Source of the DNA: Raillietiella orientalis
Taxonomy: Eukaryota
DNA: 64,000 nucleotides
NCBI GenBank assembly: GCA_036172245.1
Contig: JAYWIR010000007.1
Span: 4,092,001 to 4,156,000, forward strand
Reading direction: 5' to 3'
Translations under genes and position numbers: made by a program
Shown: positions 61,701 to 64,000 of the stretch, one piece after another
Numbering within the stretch: the stretch's first letter is position 1
Layout of the letters: each line of letters begins with the position of its first letter
The notes under the pieces: generated by a model
What the model was told of the DNA's origin: nothing
Seen by the model: only the letters and a program-made list of their open reading frames with translations
Database searches by the model: none

Positions 61701-62331
61701 AAGGGATTGGCGGCAAAAGCATTTTTGCCCGATGTGGCTGCTTTTCCTGAAGGCATAGACTTGTCTGTGGATTTTGATGCTGAAACACCTTAGACATAAT
61801 TCACAAATCTTCACAAATACTTGGTGTAAAAGCTGGTAATTCATCATCAGAGGAATCACTACTGGATGACTCAGAAGATTCTTGCAATGGGGCTTTCTGA
61901 ATGGTTGATGGTGCAGTCTTCTTATCTGATGCTGGGGTTGCAAAGGAAATGTTCTTTGGTGTCCCTTGCTTTTTATTTGGCAAAAGATCAGTGGCAACAG
62001 CATTTGCAGTTAATGCAGCTGACTTTCCAGAAGACACTTTCTTATTTGTACATTTTGAAGCTGGAAAGCTTCTAGTAAATCACAAATTAAACTACGTTTC
62101 GCATCTTACATTTTGAATTTTGTAATGATGTGGCAATGGAATTTTTTCCTTGGGGAAAAGATTTTTCCTCTGTTGCTTTGCTTGAGCTGCTAACTCCTAA
62201 TGGTACACTTGTACGTGATTCTAAACAGAATGTAAGAACGTTTTGCAAATCAAGAAACTCACTTGTATTAGGGTAAGCTTCTTCACTTGTGGAATCACTA
62301 TCAGTTGAGGACTCATCTTTGACAGCCGCTG
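58739..62331 (-). CDS. Nopp140: Nucleolar and coiled-body phosphoprotein Nopp140/NOLC1, canonical (SRP40_C) isoform, 5'-partial
   Basis: Exons (minus): 62263-62331, 62110-62220, 61821-62060, 61540-61779, 61259-61498, 61102-61215, 60886-61044, 60647-60835, 60517-60609, 60357-60470, 60209-60313, 60086-60154, 59919-60037, 59825-59875, 59674-59760, 58739-58894. All are GT-AG and in frame. The protein alternates K/A/P-rich and [14 protein letters not shown] acidic-serine tracts and ends in the SRP40 domain: PKEPFRRVD...[51 protein letters not shown]. The N-terminal (LisH) exons were not found in the window. Confidence 0.93.
58925..59578 (-). CDS. Nopp140: Alternative terminal exon of Nopp140 encoding an RGG/FG-rich tail (Nopp140-RGG isoform)
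   Basis: Acceptor TTCTTCCTTCCAG at 59579-59591 is phase 0, matching the phase-0 donors at 59824 and 59673. The 654-nt open exon encodes ...[32 protein letters not shown]...NTKVTFDSD*. It lies wholly inside the intron that splits the SRP40 domain. Confidence 0.88.
   Translation of the reverse strand, partial: EQKKGKMEEDKMVGEGGQFSSFEKKGRENSFSKNFGSNKRPFPEERSDSRYKSWTHGDQNDDEDEDNGDTRRPRRDTPRHQDFKDRNFQNRDFDSQHSQFGFRKQRDSGFGDRNRGHFGDRNRGNSDNSFGGRDRGRGGFRGKGGFSKRGRGGFGRGGSGDFEGRGGRDFKSNRGSFSGGGFEKRQFGNQSKDFGSNKFNASFKGMAANTKVTFDSD
61259..62060 (-). repeat. Tandem triplication, 281-bp period (240-nt exon + 41-nt intron) within Nopp140
   Basis: Exons 61259-61498, 61540-61779 and 61821-62060 each encode [19 protein letters not shown](T/I)[30 protein letters not shown]. 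Introns 61499-61539 and 61780-61820 are identical. Confidence 0.97.
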
Positions 62332-64000
62332 CTATTATAAAATGAAATTTATTTAACAAGCTTAAAATATTACGCTAATCTAAGAAACAATTAACAGTGT
62401 TTAAAAAGAACATGTAATATGATTAGATCAAATTATATGAGGAATGATCGCGATTTTTTTATCATGGAAAATGACTTTTCAATTGGATCCTTTACAATGT
62501 TATCCAAGAATTTTTTTTGTTAAACAAGCATGAATTGTAGCCATAAACACTAAAGCTGAAAACTACACAAATGAAGACAACTGCTTTAATTTGTGACACT
62601 ACCATAGTCTACACTTTACCCAATTGTTGCCATGAATGTTTAACAGCATACTTTAATACCATTTTATACATGAACATGCCTTCTTATTCATTTCAACTTC
62701 TGAACATGAAATTAGCTAATCACAACAAAACAAAAGGAAATGCGCACTTTGTATTCAATCCCTTTGATAGCTTACATGACCTCTTTGAAACACGTGCCCC
62801 ACACTTTTACTTGCCCCAAACTACTTATTCTCCTACGAAATACTAAGAAAAATGAAGAGTAAAGTTTAGGAAACAACAAGAAAATGTACCTTAATGGATA
62901 AACTTTGTTACTTTCTCTAAAACATGTTTCCGAATTTCCCTTGATTTGAAAACACATTCTGCATATTTATTACATTTTGTACAAAACTTTTTACTGCCTG
63001 GTTTTACAATTTGCAGTTCAAATAAACTGCATGCTTACAAACATTTGTAGCATGATCAACAACTGATAATGATAAGCTGAACAAGCAACCAAGTATGTTC
63101 AACTTTCATATATAAGAAAATTCAACTAGATAGTCATAGAAATTATTTCACTAAAAAGACTAAGCCAGATTACAACACTACCATGAATTAAGGTATTATA
63201 AATCTTAATAGTTTTATTTACTTTTCCTTGTTTCTCAGAATACTGTACAACTAGGCAACCAGTCATATGAACCAAACTAATTTTTGCTGAGCATTTTTAC
63301 ATTTGCTTGCATCAGGGGTTGCATGATACTATCTATATAACTGGTTACTATATGTGGGTATTATATATTACAGTGTTACTGTATTATATATTTCAATCAT
63401 TGTGTAAGCTAATATTTTAACAGAAAATCCAACAAATAATGCAAAACCAATGCCTGACCACTTTTACTGCTTTCAGTGATGAAAATGCATTTTGTAAACA
63501 TCCGATTTTTCTATTGTGACATGACCCAAATCACCAGAAATCTCAATAAGTGCATGCACTGTCTGACAAGATCAGCAGGAATCTCCAAAATGCATGGTGC
63601 GACTGCACCATGCTTTTTGGAGATGCAGCTATGCAGCCCCCTGAAGGAGAAATAAGTTGGCTAGGTGCAGCATGTTCTGATAAAAGTAACATGCAGAGAT
63701 CAAGTGTTACAATTTCAGAAGAACAGTTCTGATTACAAGCATGATGTCCTGCAGTCCATACAATTATTTGTATATGTGGTGCATCATTGTTTTCTCATTA
63801 CTTTAAAGTCTTGTCTTTGACTACAGATTTTCTGATCTGTAAGCCATTTGGTCTCTCTAATGTAAGGTAACATTTAACCAATTACAATTCTTAAAACTAG
63901 GAGACATGGTCATAGTTAGGCTGGTAATTACATGCATAACTTTAGAAACACCTGAAATGCACGTACCAATTGATGCGAAACTAAATGATTTTAAAAATGA

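Noticed and set aside
61259..62060. CRISPR array or prokaryotic operon interpretation of regular repeats
   Set aside because: The repeats are exon+intron units without spacers, and the window is clearly spliceosomal eukaryotic DNA.
62340..64000. Intronic snoRNAs or the LisH exon of Nopp140
   Set aside because: No convincing C/D or H/ACA box pair with terminal stem was found on the minus strand, and no LisH-like peptide was seen by eye. snoscan/Infernal would be needed.

Overview
Eukaryotic (animal, most likely arthropod) genomic DNA with spliceosomal introns. It is a mosaic of GC/CpG-rich, gene-sparse blocks (mainly ~1-7, ~12.5-27.5 and ~39.5-54 kb) and AT-rich, CpG-poor blocks with compact genes and 37-68 nt introns (~28-39 and ~58.7-64 kb). 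Gene models built by hand from splice sites: a complete 9-exon mitochondrial acetyl-CoA acetyltransferase (ACAT1, minus); the 3' part of Nopp140/NOLC1 (minus), with two alternative C-termini (SRP40-type and RGG-type) and a recently triplicated 281-bp exon+intron unit; a Spaetzle/neurotrophin-like cystine-knot ligand gene (plus); and one or two orphan multi-exon genes. Mobile DNA includes a 5'-truncated RLE-type (NeSL/Utopia-like) non-LTR retrotransposon flanked by a ~113-bp direct duplication and nested in an L1/Tx1-like relic, a second inverted copy of its 3' end, and another L1/Tx1-like relic. Also present are an exact 206-bp dispersed duplication, an old ~1.26-kb tandem duplication with codon-level conservation, and several perfect 13-bp hairpins. 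Most long ORFs in the GC-rich blocks look like composition artefacts. No database searches were run; family calls rest on recognised motifs.
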